8,619 nt of DNA. Origin: Caedimonas varicaedens (GTDB lineage Bacteria > Pseudomonadota > Alphaproteobacteria > Caedimonadales > Caedimonadaceae). Every line of letters starts with the position of its first letter. Within the stretch, counting starts at the first letter, position 1. Location: contig BBVC01000090.1 in assembly GCA_001192655.1 (NCBI GenBank), positions 1 through 8,619 of the forward strand, in the 5' to 3' direction. Shown here one piece after another: positions 5,767 to 8,619 of this stretch. The notes under the pieces were generated by a model. The model had not been told where the DNA came from. It saw only the letters and a list, made by a program, of their open reading frames with translations, and did not search any database. A program made the position numbers and the translations under genes.

Positions 5767-7449
5767 TCACGCACGCATGAGAGGCTTAAACCGCAGTTTG
5801 TGCGGCTGACTTGCATTCTTTCCTGCACGACGCTGATGATCAACCTCATAATCCTGATAATTTCCCTCGAACCACTCTACGTGGCTGTCTCCCTCAAACG
5901 CCAGAATATGGGTAGCGATACGATCCAGGAACCAACGGTCATGGCTGATCACAATGGCGCAACCCGCAAAATTTTCAAGAGCATCTTCCAAAGCGCGGAG
6001 CGTTTCAACATCCAGATCGTTAGTGGGTTCATCCAGCAAAAGAACATTGGCGCCTGATTTAAGCATTTTGGCCAGATGGACGCGGTTTCGTTCACCACCT
6101 GATAATTGACCCACTTTCTTCTGTTGATCGGCTCCCTTAAAATTGAAGCGTGCGCAATAAGCACGGCTGGGAATCTTGATTTTCCCTAGCTCAATTTCAT
6201 CCAATCCTCCTGAGATTTCTTCCCAAACTGTATTCTGATCGTGAAGCGAATCGCGATTTTGATCAATATAACCAAGTTGCACAGATTCTCCGACCTGGAA
6301 AGAGCCTGCATCGGGCTTTTCCTGACCTGTGATCAGTTTAAAAAGAGTTGTTTTGCCAGCGCCATTGGGGCCAATGACACCCACAATCGCTCCCGGCGGA
6401 AGTCTGAAGTTGAGTTTTTCAAATAATAAATCGCTTCCAAAACCCTTGGAAACATTTTCTGCTTCAATGACAAGATTCCCCAGACGAGGCCCCGCGGGAA
6501 TCACGATTTGCTCAGTGGTAGATCGCTGTTCCAGACTTTTTTGCAGCAGCTGATCATATGCCACGATACGGGCTTTGCTTTTGGCTTGTCGGGCTTTAGG
6601 AGTTTGGCGAATCCATTCCAATTCACGTGCCAGTATTTTTTGACGTCCTGTCTCTTGCTTTTCTTCTATTTCAAGACGTTTTTGTTTTTGTTCAAGCCAT
6701 GAGGAATAATTGCCCTCAAAGGGGTACCCCTGCCCTCTATCAAGTTCCAAAATCCATCCCACCACATTATCCAGGAAATAACGATCGTGAGTGACGAGTA
6801 CCACAGTCCCTGTATACTTTTGCAGGAACTGTTCAAGCCATGCGACTGATTCTGCATCAAGGTGGTTAGTGGGCTCGTCAAGCAACAAGATATCAGGGTG
6901 TTGCAATAAAAGACGGCATAGGGCGACGCGACGGCGTTCTCCGCCTGACAGCTTTGTCACATCGGCATCGCCAGAAGGGCATCGCAAAGCATCCATAGCG
7001 ATTTCAATGGTACGATCTAATTCCCAGGCATCCAGGGCATCAATTTTTTCCTGAACTTCTCCCTGTTCGGCAATCAGGGCGTTCATTTCTTCATCGCTGA
7101 GTTCTTCACCAAAGCGCGCACTTAATGTTTCAAATTTTTCCAACAACGCTTTTGTTTCCCTTACACCCTCCATAATGTTCCCCTGAACATCACTTTTGGG
7201 GTCGAGCACAGGTTCTTGAGACAAATAGCCTATTTTAATGCCTTCTGCTGCCCACGCTTCTCCAGAAAATTCTTTATCAAGGCCGGCCATGATTTTTAAC
7301 AGAGTGGATTTTCCTGATCCATTCACCCCGATCACACCAATCTTCGCTTCAGGTATAAAGGAAAGAGAGATATCTTTTAAAACCTGACGACCGCCCGGAT
7401 AAGTTTTTCCTAAACCCTGCATAACATAACTATATTGATAACTGACCAT
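5767..7449 (-). CDS. ettA: Energy-dependent translational throttle protein EttA (ABC-F family ATPase), 560 aa
   Basis: Colinear over its full length with E. coli EttA (555 aa) as I recall it. It has two ABC cassettes: GVNGSGKST / [16 protein letters not shown] / [11 protein letters not shown] and GPNGAGKTT / [15 protein letters not shown] / [11 protein letters not shown]. EttA-typical blocks are also present: [30 protein letters not shown] and [19 protein letters not shown] at 7449, TGA at 5767-5769. Confidence 0.95.
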   Translation of the reverse strand: MVSYQYSYVMQGLGKTYPGGRQVLKDISLSFIPEAKIGVIGVNGSGKSTLLKIMAGLDKEFSGEAWAAEGIKIGYLSQEPVLDPKSDVQGNIMEGVRETKALLEKFETLSARFGEELSDEEMNALIAEQGEVQEKIDALDAWELDRTIEIAMDALRCPSGDADVTKLSGGERRRVALCRLLLQHPDILLLDEPTNHLDAESVAWLEQFLQKYTGTVVLVTHDRYFLDNVVGWILELDRGQGYPFEGNYSSWLEQKQKRLEIEEKQETGRQKILARELEWIRQTPKARQAKSKARIVAYDQLLQKSLEQRSTTEQIVIPAGPRLGNLVIEAENVSKGFGSDLLFEKLNFRLPPGAIVGVIGPNGAGKTTLFKLITGQEKPDAGSFQVGESVQLGYIDQNRDSLHDQNTVWEEISGGLDEIELGKIKIPSRAYCARFNFKGADQQKKVGQLSGGERNRVHLAKMLKSGANVLLLDEPTNDLDVETLRALEDALENFAGCAIVISHDRWFLDRIATHILAFEGDSHVEWFEGNYQDYEVDHQRRAGKNASQPHKLRFKPLMRA

Positions 7450-7618
7450 AATTTGAATAAACCCTTATAGTAATAAATGAAGATAATTTGTTGTATCAAA
7501 GAGTTTAAAGGATTAGCAAGCTCTTTACGATATCCACAAAAAGAAAACAGCCTTACATGGACTTCATTCCTCAGAACTGCTAAAATTAGGGACATAAAAA
7601 ATAGGAAACGATGAGACA

Positions 7619-8095
7619 TTGAACTTCCTGATAAATGCTGTCGCACTTCTTTTTATTCTTTCGGGCTGTATGAATTCTGCTGACGAAGTTTCTGTTTGCG
7701 ATCAACGCTGTGGAGAATTTAAGCCTCGCAAGATTTCTTCCTATACTTTGATCTCAGCATATCAAGGAAGCGCAAGCGCAAGAGGACTTCCTTTGAAAGA
7801 TCTTTTGCTGGCGGCAACAACAGCTCAAAATTTATTTGCAACCGGACAAGTGGGACAGCAAGAAGAATGGCTGGATAATGAAAATGAAATGGGCGGAAAA
7901 ATTACGCTTACAAATATTTTTCAGGATCAGGGAGTATCCTGCCTGGATTATTCTCAAATGATTCACACTCCCACAGAAATCCGCTATAGCCAGGGAATGG
8001 CTTGTGTTGATCAACTCGATATTTGGCGTGTCATAAAGGAAACATCCATAGATCCCTTTAGAACTATACCCTGCAAAACAAAACCCTGTCATTAA
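7619..8095 (+). CDS. Small lipoprotein, 17-kDa surface antigen / RT0821-Lpp0805-like C-terminal domain
   Basis: TTG start followed by MNFLINAVALLFILSGC, which contains an L-S-G-C lipobox. The C-terminal part (EEWLDNENEMGGKITLTNIFQDQGVSCLDYSQMIHTPTEIRYSQGMACVDQLDIWRV) follows the pattern W-x-N, G-x-(I/V)T, G-x-x-C-x-x-Y-x-Q, then G-x-AC and W-x-V of the rickettsial 17-kDa antigen family. The start codon is uncertain: TTG 7619 is the only usable start upstream of the lipobox, the AGGA lies 12 nt upstream, and the N-region has no K/R. Confidence 0.65.
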   Translation: MNFLINAVALLFILSGCMNSADEVSVCDQRCGEFKPRKISSYTLISAYQGSASARGLPLKDLLLAATTAQNLFATGQVGQQEEWLDNENEMGGKITLTNIFQDQGVSCLDYSQMIHTPTEIRYSQGMACVDQLDIWRVIKETSIDPFRTIPCKTKPCH

Positions 8096-8149
8096 CAGAA
8101 CAGGAAAAGGCGCTCCTCTTTGTACACATGTGTAACAGTAAAAAAAGCG

Positions 8150-8602
8150 TTAGATAAACCCAACCAATTGATTTTGCCTCAAATAACTCAAGACACTCTG
8201 AGGAGAAATAGCTGTCATTGCTTCCTTGCCCTTTAAGACAGGATTGGGGGATAAAACAGGATGAATTGCTGGTACATAAGTCAGCGGGGGTGTCGTGCCA
8301 AATAACCCGATGGCTGATGTTCCAAAAGATCCTGCAATATTTAAAAGGCTTGTATCATTACCAATATAAAGATCACCTTCTTTCATGAAAGCAAAAGCTT
8401 CCTGAATCGAAAGACGCGTGACAACTTCTGCTGCCCCTCCCCTCTGGAAAATCATTTTCTGCAGATTCAGCGCTTCTTCCTCTTCCGCTATTGAGCCGCA
8501 AATAAAGAGAGTTCCCTGACGACAGGCCGAAATTTCTGCACCTAATTCTGCAAAATGCCCTAAGGGCCAGCGCTTGAAATCAACACTCCCTCCTATCCCC
8601 AA
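8150..8602 (-). pseudogene. Glycosyltransferase family 9 (ADP-heptose:LPS heptosyltransferase-like), C-terminal half only; 5' part removed by IS insertion
   Basis: GGSVDFKRWPLGHFAELG...LFICGSIAEEE...LSIQEAFAFMKEGDLYIGNDTSLLNIAGSFGTSAIGLFGTTPP matches the GT9 C-terminal domain (KRWP, GS-x-x-E, NDSG-x-x-H-x-A-x-A, then FGP(T/S)-x-P). That domain normally begins around residue 180 of proteins of about 320-350 aa. The frame stays open up to 8608 and is closed only by a stop inside the IS repeat. The listed start is just a TTG at the junction. Confidence 0.8.
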
Positions 8603-8603
8603 A

Positions 8604-8619
8604 TATAGCTAACAACATA
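8604..8619. mobile_element. First 16 nt (terminal inverted repeat) of a second copy of the same IS630-family element; it continues beyond the window
   Basis: TATAGCTAACAACATA is the perfect reverse complement of 146-161. It begins with TA directly abutting the interrupted GT9 frame. The orientation of this copy cannot be determined from its terminus alone. Confidence 0.75.

Noticed and set aside
5580-7054. ORFs overlapping tRNA-Ser and ettA (5580-5849 -, 5587-6057 +, 5949-6164 -, 6241-6426 +, 6329-6553 +, 6508-6702 +, 6666-6881 -, 6791-7054 +)
   Set aside because: They overlap a well-supported tRNA or are off-frame or antisense to the strongly conserved ettA frame, and none contains a recognisable motif.
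7410-8092. Minus-strand ORFs 7410-7646 and 7832-8092
   Set aside because: The first spans the ettA start and the divergent promoter region. The second is antisense to the lipoprotein gene. Neither has motifs or an RBS.
8123-8134. 12-bp perfect palindrome TACACATGTGTA between the convergent lipoprotein and GT9 genes, considered as a bidirectional terminator
   Set aside because: A loop-less palindrome gives at most a 4-5 bp stem. The A-run at 8140-8146 is separated from it. This is too weak to call.
162-8603. Interior as a bona fide composite transposon carrying cargo
   Set aside because: The interior contains housekeeping genes (ettA, tRNA-Ser) and both of its edges are gene fragments. This fits independent insertions or rearrangement better than a mobilised cargo unit. 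The question cannot be settled without the flanks, so I report only the IS bracketing.

Overview
This is an 8.6-kb bacterial segment (standard code; genes end in TAA or TGA) bracketed by two copies of the same IS630-family insertion sequence. The left copy contributes its transposase C-terminus and terminal inverted repeat (1-161). The right copy begins at 8604 with the perfect reverse complement of that 16-nt terminus. Both IS junctions cut open reading frames.

Contents, left to right:
- a 1362-codon, 5'-truncated giant RTX-type adhesin gene (147-4235) with a modular repeat architecture and an intact C-terminal type I secretion target-like domain
- a visibly AT-rich, gene-poor 1.35-kb stretch (4236-5587) holding one orphan secreted-protein ORF, a long hairpin, a palindromic REP/MITE-like element and a possible decayed transposase scrap
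- tRNA-Ser(CGA) on the minus strand
- the ABC-F translation factor gene ettA on the minus strand
- a small lipoprotein resembling the rickettsial 17-kDa / RT0821-Lpp0805 surface-antigen family
- the C-terminal half of a GT9 heptosyltransferase gene (minus strand), decapitated by the right IS

I found no coherent multi-gene novel system: no CRISPR array, defence operon, toxin-antitoxin pair or secretion apparatus.

The most unusual points are:
- the double IS-mediated decapitation of two cell-surface genes
- an IS terminus that supplies an in-frame ATG to an adhesin fragment that may still be secretable
- an atypical Gly-Gly-Asn / RTX hybrid repeat region
- the AT-rich accessory stretch next to the tRNA

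All family assignments rest on motif recognition by eye. No database search was possible.
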